A stretch of 64,000 nucleotides of DNA from an uncultured Candidatus Peribacteria bacterium (GTDB lineage Bacteria; Patescibacteriota; Gracilibacteria; UBA1369). A program made the position numbers and the translations under genes. Positions 16,901 to 25,552 of this stretch are shown here, in pieces. Positions within the stretch are counted from its first letter, which is position 1. The number at the start of each line of letters is the position of its first letter. Below the pieces are notes generated by a model. The model saw nothing but the letters and a program-made list of their open reading frames with translations. It was not told the origin of the DNA and made no database searches. Where the stretch lies: positions 4,927-68,926 of the forward strand of contig CAZGKO010000002.1 of NCBI GenBank assembly GCA_964526005.1, read 5' to 3'.

Positions 16901-17444
16901 TTAATGTAAATCCATCATAAGGACCGGAAAGTACTAATGTCCAAATTGGTGTATTGGAAAAAGAAACTTGGGTCACTTGTGGATCAGAAGCCTCACTTGG
17001 AAGATTAGGTTTAGCTTTATTTACAGCATCACGTAAGCGTCTAATACTATCATTTAAATTTTGATTAGCATTAAACTCCGCTGTAATAGTGGCAAATGAG
17101 TTTAAAGCTGTAGCTTTCATTGTTTTTAAGCCTTTCAAACCAGCAATTTCTGGTTCAATTTTTTTAATTACTAATTCTTCCATATCGGCAGGAGAGGCCC
17201 CTGGTAAACTAATTGTAACTACTCCATAAGGAATCTTTACTTCTGGTGATGATTCAAGAGGAAGCATATTAAAAGAAACAATTCCCCAAATTAGAATTGC
17301 AATTATTAAAAGTATGACTACCCGAAAATTATCGAGAAAGAATTTTAGAAAAGATTTATTATCTTTTGGGGTAAATTTAAGTTGTCCAAGATAAAGGGAA
17401 TCGGAACTAGATGAATTAGATTGTGGAGTTGTTTTTTTTGACAT
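13944..17444 (-). CDS. RND-family efflux permease (AcrB/AcrD/AcrF-like), 1166 aa
   Basis: Typical RND layout. TM1 followed by a large loop, then TM clusters GLVIPLVFSSTFGFMVLFGITLNFLSLFSLIMSLGFLVDDAIVV and LALFGIVVKNAIILID. Start overlaps the upstream stop (TAATG). Confidence 0.85.
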   Translation of the reverse strand: MSKKTTPQSNSSSSDSLYLGQLKFTPKDNKSFLKFFLDNFRVVILLIIAILIWGIVSFNMLPLESSPEVKIPYGVVTISLPGASPADMEELVIKKIEPEIAGLKGLKTMKATALNSFATITAEFNANQNLNDSIRRLRDAVNKAKPNLPSEASDPQVTQVSFSNTPIWTLVLSGPYDGFTLRKYADDLKDQLDKLPGTSKVMVSGGDITEIALDFNPKKLQAYGLSMNQVIGQIKAANLSLPLGMINIGNYQYALKINGKTNTIDDIRALPITTSTGTIIKLTDVTNVIEKAQDNKVINRFSAKGGELQNAVTINVIKKTGYSIIDLINQGKNKLKILQQTEFPQNLKAATILDISKQIGSDFGDLIRDAIITIILVFFVLLLFVGLKEALVAGLVIPLVFSSTFGFMVLFGITLNFLSLFSLIMSLGFLVDDAIVVVQATKRYLSTGKFTPEEAILLVFRDFKNLLITTALTTMFSFIPLLLATGIIGSFIRSIPITVSMTIFSSMLIAIFINHTMGAVLERFRLTTVWFKSFMAILGIILLLSLISLIFSVTVGNVIMSVVLILILFILFFRYHSGLKEKLIQNEQLQLEELADPAKIKARIRHHYIDSKANRTLWGKISGGIVSFDKILPAYDKLLNSILNSRFKRILVLTVAVVLFIGAIALPASGILKSEFLSASDQQYMYVNITGAPGLLTNQISKIADQVTKVLRTEPDIKNFSEIIGSAGVNTSKGELGMSNGGGGQTNRAQFAINLYDYNNRPIKKKSYNIAANLRQKLNKIHGAKIELIEIQGGPPAGADFQAQFAGDNLNQLETVVDKYKNILDIIPGTVNEKTSLNLSPGEFTFHVLPEQASARGVTTAQIARALRTAISGTDVTTILRNQDEINVRAQFQKDTVNTIAKLKNITITSQTGQPVKIGEVTNIKIGAALTSIHRVDQKRVITLTAAVTKPYLPTDILTEFKNKIKANPLPKNITITYGGANQTNTDSILSILRAMIVAFILIVSTLVIQFNSFRKAALVLITIPLAITGVFFGFTLIGLTLTFPALIGILALFGIVVKNAIILIDKVNLNLKVGIPYQEAIIDASKSRLEAIFLTSIATVIGMIPLTLTNETWQGLGAALIFGLSTSTILTLVILPTAFYILFKKSAAKDTELSKLKLAVETSSS

Positions 17445-19192
17445 TACTTTGAAGAGACGGTTACGGGTTGTCCTTCGATCAGCTCATGTGCACCTTTGAG
17501 AATTACCCGCTCGTTTTTGACTAGTCCACTTAAGATTTCAATTTGATCTCCGACGATTTTGCCTGTGGTCACATCTATTTTTTTGACATGACCACTGTCT
17601 ACTATATAGACAAATTGTTCATGAGTACCAATAGTCACAGCATCTAAAGGAAGATAAAGAGAGTTCTTATTTTTTGAACTAATTTGTAAAGGTAGTTTTA
17701 CATTTAAGATCTGTCCAACACGGAAGAAAATTTTTGGTAAAGCTATTTTTACTTCAACTAGACCAGTTCTAGCATCGGTAATCGGGGATATACTAGATAT
17801 AGCTGCGTCTACCCATTGATTAGCAATTTGAACTTGAGCGATAATATTGGGAGAAATTTGATTAGCTGTATTTGTGTCTACATGAAGAATAACTTCAAAA
17901 TCAGAAGGGGTAAGAATTGAAAATAGTTTATTTTGTGGTGAAACTGTGTCATTTAGGTGTAAATCTAAACCAGCTATAATACCATCTTCTGGTGCTTTTA
18001 TAGTAAGTTGATTTAATTGAGATTTGGCTAAATTGTAATTTAATTTAGCTAATTGAAGTTGATTATTGGCTTGATCCTGAGCAGTTTTAAGCTGTTGTTT
18101 GGTTGCTTCAAAAGCTTTCTGCGCCTGTTGCATAGCAATAATACTATGTCCATCATAGCCAACTTTTTGTTCAGTTGACTGTTTAGTGGCAACGGTAGCA
18201 TTAAGTTGTCCCTGAGTTTTGATAACTTGACTCAAAATTTGATTATTCCCGAGTTTGATAGAATCAATGCCATCATTGTAAGCGAGCTTCGCTTTATCAT
18301 ATAAGGTATAAAGCTTATTTAAAGACTGATTTTCTTTTAGATAAGTAGCACAAAGGCTACTGTGCATATCAGTGGAAGGGGATTTAGAAGATGTTGATTG
18401 TAAATTGGACTGATGAATAGAAGTGGTACAGAGTTGATTGGAGGTATTTGAATAATTATTGAGAGATTTAATTTGACCAATGGTATTATGCTTTTGACTT
18501 TGCATTTCATTAATAGAAGAAATTAAATCGTTTAAATTTTGGTGAGCATTGGTTAAATCACGATTAGTTTTGGTGTTGGAAGATGAAAGTGAATTGTTTA
18601 ATAAATTGATACCCTGCTGAAGGGAACTAATATTTGAATCCATAACTGATAAATTTGTAATGAAAGCTTGTGTTTGATTTTTAGCATTTTGAAGTTGAAG
18701 CTGAGCATTTTGTAAAGTGATTTTACGGGTAGTCGACAAATTGTCCACACTCCGTTTAGCAAAATTATAATTTTGCTTAGCAATTTGATATTGGGTTTCA
18801 ATAGGATTTGATTCCCCATTAATTCCAGTTAATTTAATGATAATATCACCGGTTTTTACAAAATCTCCTTCGTGAAAATTGATTTTTGTAATTGTTCCAC
18901 TAACAGCTGAATGTACTCCAATTAAGGTTTTGGAAAATACCTTACCAGATGTTGGTAAAAAAGATTTTCCAATATTCTTAGCTGGAATAGTTGTTACATT
19001 AATTATATTTGATTGGATCTGACTACTGGATGATAGAGAGATGGATTTTGATTTTGTAGTATTATTATTAATTGCTGCCGATCTGATAATTAAACTATAG
19101 ATAAAAAATGTCAGTCCTACAAAAATTATTAATATAATTATACCTTTACTCAATTTACTTAATTTGCTCATAATGCGGGTTTTAATATGCAA
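17444..19192 (-). CDS. efflux membrane-fusion (HlyD-family) adaptor protein
   Basis: N-terminal TM segment. Lipoyl/barrel motifs (GTITKINFHEGDFVKTGDIIIKL; ITAPEDGIIAGLDL). Very long Q/N-rich coiled coil. The 19192 start is TTG; the more likely ATG is at 19171 (MSKLSKLSKG + TM). Confidence 0.8.
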   Translation of the reverse strand: MHIKTRIMSKLSKLSKGIIILIIFVGLTFFIYSLIIRSAAINNNTTKSKSISLSSSSQIQSNIINVTTIPAKNIGKSFLPTSGKVFSKTLIGVHSAVSGTITKINFHEGDFVKTGDIIIKLTGINGESNPIETQYQIAKQNYNFAKRSVDNLSTTRKITLQNAQLQLQNAKNQTQAFITNLSVMDSNISSLQQGINLLNNSLSSSNTKTNRDLTNAHQNLNDLISSINEMQSQKHNTIGQIKSLNNYSNTSNQLCTTSIHQSNLQSTSSKSPSTDMHSSLCATYLKENQSLNKLYTLYDKAKLAYNDGIDSIKLGNNQILSQVIKTQGQLNATVATKQSTEQKVGYDGHSIIAMQQAQKAFEATKQQLKTAQDQANNQLQLAKLNYNLAKSQLNQLTIKAPEDGIIAGLDLHLNDTVSPQNKLFSILTPSDFEVILHVDTNTANQISPNIIAQVQIANQWVDAAISSISPITDARTGLVEVKIALPKIFFRVGQILNVKLPLQISSKNKNSLYLPLDAVTIGTHEQFVYIVDSGHVKKIDVTTGKIVGDQIEILSGLVKNERVILKGAHELIEGQPVTVSSK

Positions 19193-19210
19193 TTGTTTTA
19201 AGAAGTGGCT

Positions 19211-19239
19211 ATAATATTAGATATTTTGAAACTTGTCAA
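19211..19239 (-). promoter_or_regulatory. sigma70-type promoter of the efflux operon
   Basis: Minus strand: TTGACA (19234-19239), 17-nt spacer, TATTAT (19211-19216). Confidence 0.55.
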
Positions 19240-19489
19240 AATATATTTCCATGTTTTAGTTAATTAAACTTAACTATTTTAAGAAAATGAAAAGACTATA
19301 TTTGAAATTTTATTTATATACATGACGAATATGAACTAAAAGTGAATTGGGAAGTATTTATCAATAATTCTAATCAGTCTGAAATACTATTTATATTAAT
19401 GCGTAATTATATTAATGACCAACCCTGTGAATATTTTGGGAATATCTTTGCTATATGTTGTTATACGGAGAAATCGCTTATAATTAATT

Positions 19490-20038
19490 TTAAAAAAAAT
19501 TAAGTGGTATTTTAAAAATATTTTAATAAGAAAGGCTACTGTGGCGATGGTTCCGATGAGGAATTGACACTTGAAAAAGAGTAACCATGAATAGGTTGTT
19601 CTGATAAATACGGATAAATCAATTCTCCCGAGAATAGATAAATCTGTTTTCAGATCAGTGTCCTTCTGTTGAGTGTGATTTTGATTATTCTACTAATTTC
19701 GTACCTATACTTTTTGTGAAGGTGGCGAAGTTTGTGAAAATCATATATCAGACTTGATAAAAAAGTCTAACATGATGGCAAAACTGGGTATCTAGCGTAC
19801 CATGGTGCTGGTATTTCCTAGTTTATTTGCTATTAAAACTGTGAAGTCAATCTATCTATAATGACTTCACACTCTACTTCCAGAAGGAGGACAACACCGA
19901 AGGTATTAAATATGGTAACTTTTATTTATAATGACACCGATTTCGATAGCTTTGCGGCTGGGAAACCAAAGGCAAGCTGACATTTCGGCAGTTAGTGAGC
20001 AGCGGCGCAAAAGCGCCGCTGCTCACTTCTCATTTTTT
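19490..20038 (+). ncRNA. candidate structured non-coding RNA (class unknown)
   Basis: No ORF of 60 aa or more on either strand between 19193 and 20180. Locally G+C-enriched blocks and hairpins (for example gtgaagtca-12nt-tgacttcac at 19841-19870). TATAAT at 19479-19484. Ends at a perfect intrinsic terminator. The 5' end is a guess. Confidence 0.3.
19994..20038 (+). terminator. rho-independent terminator (plus strand)
   Basis: agtgagcagcggcgc-aaaa-gcgccgctgctcact is a perfect 15-bp stem, followed by tctcatttttt. There is no plus-strand CDS upstream of it. Confidence 0.85.
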
Positions 20039-20180
20039 AAGTATTAATAGATTAAAATACAGAAAAATACTTATATTCATACTAATTAAATAGTGATTTA
20101 AGATCATATTTCAGAAAGAGTTTTTTCTTTAAAAGGAATCTTTTATATGTTATATATCAAACACAATTTGGTGAAATTTA

Positions 20181-20696
20181 ATGAAAAAACTCAAGATTGA
20201 AACAGGCATCAATAATAAAATTCTGCGAGCGATTTCCAAGCCGGTAAAAGGAATTAATAAAGAATTGCAGAAGTTGTTAAAAGAAATGGAATACACTTTG
20301 GATAATTCTAATGCGGTTGGTTTGGCTGCGCCACAAGTTGGACAAAATATTAGAGTTTTACTGGCAAAATTTAATCATACTACTGATAATGCAATTAATA
20401 TATCGATGATTAATCCAGAAATTGTCTGGGCTTCGGAAGAAATGGATATAGAGGAGGAAGGTTGTTTAAGTATTCCAAATTATTTTAATAAAGTGGCTAG
20501 ACATAGTGAGGTGACAATAAAATTTCAGAATATAAAAAATCGTGAACAAATGCTTAAATTAAGTGGTTTTAATGGTAGGGTAGTTCAACATGAAATTGAC
20601 CATCTTGATGGAATTTTGTTTATCGATAAAATAGTCGAAAAAGTGGAGACGGAACTTGAGGTGAAGCAGGATCAAGAAGAGCATTTATCTATTTAA
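20181..20696 (+). CDS. def: peptide deformylase
   Basis: Motifs GLAAPQVG, EGCLSIP, HEIDHLDG. Confidence 0.95.
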   Translation: MKKLKIETGINNKILRAISKPVKGINKELQKLLKEMEYTLDNSNAVGLAAPQVGQNIRVLLAKFNHTTDNAINISMINPEIVWASEEMDIEEEGCLSIPNYFNKVARHSEVTIKFQNIKNREQMLKLSGFNGRVVQHEIDHLDGILFIDKIVEKVETELEVKQDQEEHLSI

Positions 20697-20734
20697 TTAT
20701 AAAAAGATTTATAATGATATTTAGACGAGGGGAA

Positions 20735-21820
20735 TCAAAATTTTAATTTAGCTTCGATAAATCCTTCAATGTGACCGTCCAATACTGCGTCGACATTGTG
20801 TTCTTCATAGTTAGTGCGATGATCCTTGACCAAAGTATAGGGCTGGAGAATATAAGAACGAATTTGATTTCCCCAACTCATTTCGACGCGCCCACCTTTT
20901 AATTTACTTAATTCTTCGATCTGCTGCTGCTCCGCCAATTCAATCAGTTTAGCGGTTAGGATTTTGAGGGCGCGTTCTTTATTTTGATATTGACTACGCT
21001 CACTCTGACAAGTAACCACAATATTAGTAGGAAGATGGGTAATACGAACTGCAGAAGAAACTTTATTAACATTTTGACCACCTGCCCCACTACTACGAAA
21101 AGTATCAATCTTTAAATCATCAGAATTAATTTCAACATGATGTTCAGTACTAATATCCGGCATTACTTCAACTAATGCAAAAGAAGTCTCACGGGAATTT
21201 TTAGCATTGAAAGGGGAGTTGCGAACAAGACGATGAACCCCTTTTTCGTTTTTCAAATAACCATAAGCCATTGCCCCTTTCACTTCAACGGTTACTGATT
21301 TAATACCCACTTCTTCCCCAACTGATTGATCAAGAATTTCAGTGATAAAATTATTGTTTTCACAATAACGAAGATACATACGAAGTAATATACTAACAAA
21401 ATCCATTGCATCTTTTCCACCTGTTCCAGCATGAATACTCAAAATAACATTGGCGGAATCATATTTCCCCTTAAAAAATGTTTTTATTTCCATATATTTC
21501 CAACTTTTTTCAAGATCATCAACCATTTTTTTAAAATCCTTAGCACTTTCGGGATCATTTTCAATATCAATTGTTGGAGCTAATTCCTGTAGAGCTTTGA
21601 GATTTATTTGTAAATTTGTCCAATCATTTAATTCTTTTTGTAACCATGATAATTTCTGGCTGACAGTTTGAGCTTTTTCTTGATTATTCCAAAAACTGGG
21701 GTTTTGAGTTTGACCAGTCAAATTAGAGATTTGCTTTTGAATTTGCGGAAGATCAACTTTATTTAAGGCGGTTTTAAGTTGTAAAGCAATTTGTGCGAGT
21801 TTTTGTTTATGTTCGTGCAT
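20735..21820 (-). CDS. prfB: peptide chain release factor 2
   Basis: SPF tripeptide (VRNSPFNAK) and GGQ motif (SSGAGGQNVNK). Single uninterrupted 361-aa frame with no +1 frameshift site. Confidence 0.95.
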   Translation of the reverse strand: MHEHKQKLAQIALQLKTALNKVDLPQIQKQISNLTGQTQNPSFWNNQEKAQTVSQKLSWLQKELNDWTNLQINLKALQELAPTIDIENDPESAKDFKKMVDDLEKSWKYMEIKTFFKGKYDSANVILSIHAGTGGKDAMDFVSILLRMYLRYCENNNFITEILDQSVGEEVGIKSVTVEVKGAMAYGYLKNEKGVHRLVRNSPFNAKNSRETSFALVEVMPDISTEHHVEINSDDLKIDTFRSSGAGGQNVNKVSSAVRITHLPTNIVVTCQSERSQYQNKERALKILTAKLIELAEQQQIEELSKLKGGRVEMSWGNQIRSYILQPYTLVKDHRTNYEEHNVDAVLDGHIEGFIEAKLKF

Positions 21821-22007
21821 AAGAAAAAATTACTTTTGCAGTGTAAGAGAAAATCAACTACAAGTAAAGATAACTCAGATGAAAAAAGTAGGTAAACACA
21901 CTGTTTTACAAATTTTAAATGGAATAAATTTTGAACAGAATTGTGAATTTGTCAATATGAAGAAATTAACAAAGAATGTAGAATATTGCGGCTGTATTTA
22001 ATAGAAA

Positions 22008-23711
22008 ATGGAAAACACATTAAGTGCTGAAACAAAGGGAGAAAAGAGTGTTAGTTCATCTTCCCGAAAAATTTTAATGAATACTTTCTCGCAAATAGCG
22101 GCGAAAGTAGTAATTGGTGGTTTTTCAATAGTAATATTAAAACTTTTAACGACTTATTTGGGTATTTCTGGTTATGGTTTTTATAAATCCATTTATGATT
22201 TTCTAGCTTTATTTGCCATTGTCGCGGATATGGGGCTTTATACGATTGGTGTAAGAGAAATGACAAAGCACCCCGAAAACGAAGATATAGTATTGGGAAA
22301 CTTGATGACAATCAGGACGGTTTTAATTGTATTAATAACTGGTGTAGCCATAATTTCATCACTGTTTATCAGTAAATTTCAGGGAACAATAGCTCCATTG
22401 GCAATTGGAATTGCTGCAACAGCTTCAGTTTTCGCTATTTTAACCGGTACTATTTCTACCGCTCTACAAGTGCATTTAAAAATTGAATATAATTCAATTG
22501 CATCTGTAATCGGGAAATTGGCTGCATTAAGTTATATAGTTTTTGTAATATTTTTCTGGTTTCCTCATAATTGCGGCTCAGAACTAATTGGTTTGAGCAC
22601 GGGAAATGGTGCCTGCAAAATTTCTGATCAGGCTTTTTTACAATTAATTATGGGTGGCGTAATCGGGAATATTGTAATGTTTTTATCTACTTCTTTGTAT
22701 GTGCGGAAATTAGTCAAAATTTCTTATCGGTTGGACTGGTCTTTTATGAAAGATGTGATTTGGAAAGCTCTTCCATATGGTCTGGCTTTAATTTTAAATC
22801 AGATTTATTTTAGAATTGGCTCTTTTATGCTGATTGTGATGGTGAAAGGACCAGATGCTGTGGCTATTTATTCTGCTCCTCTGACTATGCTGGAAGCAGC
22901 TGGTGTAATTCCATTATACTTTATGAATGCTATTTTACCGTTTTTAACACGAAGTATTCAGGAAAAAACAGGTAGACATAAAAAAATCATTCAATATGCA
23001 TTTGATTTTCTAATGATCGTGTCTTTGCCGATAGTATTTGGAACAATTGCAATAGCTTATCAATTGGTATATTTAATTACAACTCCAGAATTTTTAAGTA
23101 ATTGGAGTATAGGATTCTTTGGTTCAGATTTGATTTTACAAATATTAATAGTTGCCCTGTTCTTTAGCTTCTTAAACGGATTGTTTGGTTATATTTTATT
23201 AGCCTGTGACCAGCAGGGGAAAATGCTTTGGAGAAATTTAGTTGGAGCATTGCTAGCTATTTTTATAACATGGCTCTTAATACCTTATTTAGGACCTCGC
23301 GGCTCAGCAATTGCTAATGTAATTACAGAATTTTATGTTTGTGTAGTGACTTATCTTTTAGCCAAAAAATATGTATCGTTTAAATTAAATTTACGGGTAT
23401 TCAGAAATGCTTTTTTTAGTGCAATTATTATGATGGGAATAGTATTTTTAATAAAAGACTGGGTAGGAGTGTTTATGCGATCTGAAATGCAAAAAATCTT
23501 TCATGAAAATAGAAGATTGCTAGTTGTTTTAGCACAATTTGGAGCCTCTGTTTTAGTGGGTGCTATTGTTTATATTGGACTTTTAATAATTACCAAAACA
23601 TTAACTCCCGATATGATGAATATGATTAAAAAGAGGAAAATAGTACCATCAAAAATTGCCGAGGCCAGTGCGGTAGAAAAAGATATATTTAAAAATGAAA
23701 ATCCAGATTAA
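22008..23711 (+). CDS. polysaccharide/oligosaccharide flippase (MOP superfamily, Wzx-like)
   Basis: 567 aa and polytopic (about 14 hydrophobic segments). N-terminal SQIAAKVVIGGFSIVILKLLTTYLG..GYGFY is typical of polysaccharide biosynthesis proteins. Confidence 0.65.
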   Translation: MENTLSAETKGEKSVSSSSRKILMNTFSQIAAKVVIGGFSIVILKLLTTYLGISGYGFYKSIYDFLALFAIVADMGLYTIGVREMTKHPENEDIVLGNLMTIRTVLIVLITGVAIISSLFISKFQGTIAPLAIGIAATASVFAILTGTISTALQVHLKIEYNSIASVIGKLAALSYIVFVIFFWFPHNCGSELIGLSTGNGACKISDQAFLQLIMGGVIGNIVMFLSTSLYVRKLVKISYRLDWSFMKDVIWKALPYGLALILNQIYFRIGSFMLIVMVKGPDAVAIYSAPLTMLEAAGVIPLYFMNAILPFLTRSIQEKTGRHKKIIQYAFDFLMIVSLPIVFGTIAIAYQLVYLITTPEFLSNWSIGFFGSDLILQILIVALFFSFLNGLFGYILLACDQQGKMLWRNLVGALLAIFITWLLIPYLGPRGSAIANVITEFYVCVVTYLLAKKYVSFKLNLRVFRNAFFSAIIMMGIVFLIKDWVGVFMRSEMQKIFHENRRLLVVLAQFGASVLVGAIVYIGLLIITKTLTPDMMNMIKKRKIVPSKIAEASAVEKDIFKNENPD

Positions 23712-23871
23712 GATTAATTTTTAGATAAATGTAAGATACATAGATCAAGGTGACTAGAGTGATTATAGAATATTTTTAATTAAAGTCGATTGAGAAATGC
23801 AAGAGAGTAGGAGTTTAAATGGAAAAAATTAGTAGAAAAATGTAATTTTTTGATGTTCTTAATTTTGAAAA

Positions 23872-25368
23872 ATGAAAACTTATTTAAAAAATTATTTACA
23901 AAAAATATGTCCATCTCAGGTTGAACTTTGGGATAAGAAAATATCAAGTGAAGCGATAGCTTTTTATGCGGCTTTAGATAGCGTAGCAAAAGTCAATCCA
24001 TTGATTGCAGAGGCAATTTTACAAGAATTGAATAATCAAAGGACTTATTTAAAATTAATTGCTTCAGAAAACTATTCTTCGCTGGCGGTGCAATTGGCAA
24101 TGGGAAATTTGATGACTGATAAATATGCTGAAGGAATTGCAGGAGGACGTTTTTATGCTGGATGTGACAATGTGGATAATATTGAAAATGAAGGAATAAA
24201 ATTGGTTAAAGAACTTTTTGGAGTAGAACATGCTTATATTCAACCTCATTCTGGAGCAGATGCCAACCTAGTGGCTTTTACAGCTATTATTGCAGCACGT
24301 GTGCAAAGTGCATTTTTGAAAAGATTGGAAGTGAAAGATGTACGAAAATTAAATGAAAAGGATTGGATGGATTTGCGCAAAGAATGTGGTAATCAAAAAA
24401 TGTTAGCTTTAGGTATCACTTCTGGAGGGCATTTAACTCATGGATATAGAATGAATATTTCGGCTTTACTTTTTGAAGCACATCACTATGAAGTGTCTAA
24501 AGAAAGCGGTATTTTAAACTATGATCAGATTCGTCAACAAGCTCAAGAACTAAAACCTCTGATTTTATTAGCAGGGTATTCTGCTTATCCAAGAAAAATT
24601 GATTTTGCAAAAATGCGAGCTATTGCTGATGAAGTAGGAGCTGTGTTGATGGTGGATATGGCACATTTTGCAGGATTGGTAGCTGGAAAAGTTTTTACTG
24701 GCAAATATAATCCTGTTCCTTATGCCGATATTATTACTTCGACTACACATAAAACTTTACGCGGCCCGCGTGGGGGAATTGTGCTTTGCAAAGAATGGAT
24801 GAAAAAATTTGTTGACAAAGGTTGTCCGGCTATTTTAGGCGGGCCGCTTGTTCATGTCATGGCAGCCAAAGCCATAGCCTTCAAAGAAGCTTTGCGTCCG
24901 GAATTTCAAGAATATTCTCATAAAATTGTGGAAAACGCACAGGCTTTGGCTCAAGCTTGTATAGATGAAGGAATGATTGTTTTGACAGGTGGTACCGATA
25001 ATCATCTTTTACAAATAAATGTGTTTAAAACTTTTGGTTTAACAGGGCGACAAGCTGAAGATGCCCTTCGGGAATGTGGTTTAACCATGAATCGGAATTC
25101 CCTACCTTATGATGAAAATGGGGTTTGGTACACTTCTGGATTAAGATTGGGTACTCCCGCCGTGACAACATTGGGAATGGGTATTAATGAAATGAAATAT
25201 ATTGCTAAATTAATAATGAAAGTATTGAATAATACTAAAATTATACTGGATGACACAGGAAAGCGGTCATTAAGTAAATATGAATTGAATACGACTATTC
25301 AATTTGAAGTAAAACAAGAAGTAGAAAAACTTTTAAGTAAATTTAAACTTTATTCAGAACTGGGTTAA
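23872..25368 (+). CDS. glyA: serine hydroxymethyltransferase (long form, 498 aa)
   Basis: LIASENYSS, YAEG..GGRFYAGC, PLP-lysine motif TSTTHKTLRGPRGG. Carries extra N-terminal and internal segments relative to the ~415-aa enzymes. Confidence 0.93.
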   Translation: MKTYLKNYLQKICPSQVELWDKKISSEAIAFYAALDSVAKVNPLIAEAILQELNNQRTYLKLIASENYSSLAVQLAMGNLMTDKYAEGIAGGRFYAGCDNVDNIENEGIKLVKELFGVEHAYIQPHSGADANLVAFTAIIAARVQSAFLKRLEVKDVRKLNEKDWMDLRKECGNQKMLALGITSGGHLTHGYRMNISALLFEAHHYEVSKESGILNYDQIRQQAQELKPLILLAGYSAYPRKIDFAKMRAIADEVGAVLMVDMAHFAGLVAGKVFTGKYNPVPYADIITSTTHKTLRGPRGGIVLCKEWMKKFVDKGCPAILGGPLVHVMAAKAIAFKEALRPEFQEYSHKIVENAQALAQACIDEGMIVLTGGTDNHLLQINVFKTFGLTGRQAEDALRECGLTMNRNSLPYDENGVWYTSGLRLGTPAVTTLGMGINEMKYIAKLIMKVLNNTKIILDDTGKRSLSKYELNTTIQFEVKQEVEKLLSKFKLYSELG

Positions 25369-25552
25369 TTCTGCGTATTTTATCTCATCCCTTTCATAAA
25401 AACTATAGAATTTACAAAAGGTGTCTAAAAGGATTGACTTTTTGTCTATACCATATAAGATCTTTGCGAAAATTTTACTAAGACAATTTCAGTATAAATT
25501 GCAATTTAGTAATTATTTTATATAATTTATAGTTAAGTAATTCGGCTACAGT

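Noticed and set aside
19240-20038. Identifying the ORF-free region as RNase P RNA, tmRNA or SRP RNA
   Set aside because: I could not find GGAAAGUCC or ACAGAAxCCGGCUUA-type RNase P blocks, a tRNA-like 3' end with a tag ORF, or a convincing SRP helix-8 motif. It is kept only as an unclassified candidate.
20735-21820. Alternative genetic code (UGA as a sense codon)
   Set aside because: RF2 is present and intact, and all conserved genes translate end to end under the standard code without internal stops.
23780-23989. ORF 23780..23989(-)
   Set aside because: It spans the intergenic repeat and the glyA start region, and its peptide is low complexity (FFKIKNIKKLHF).
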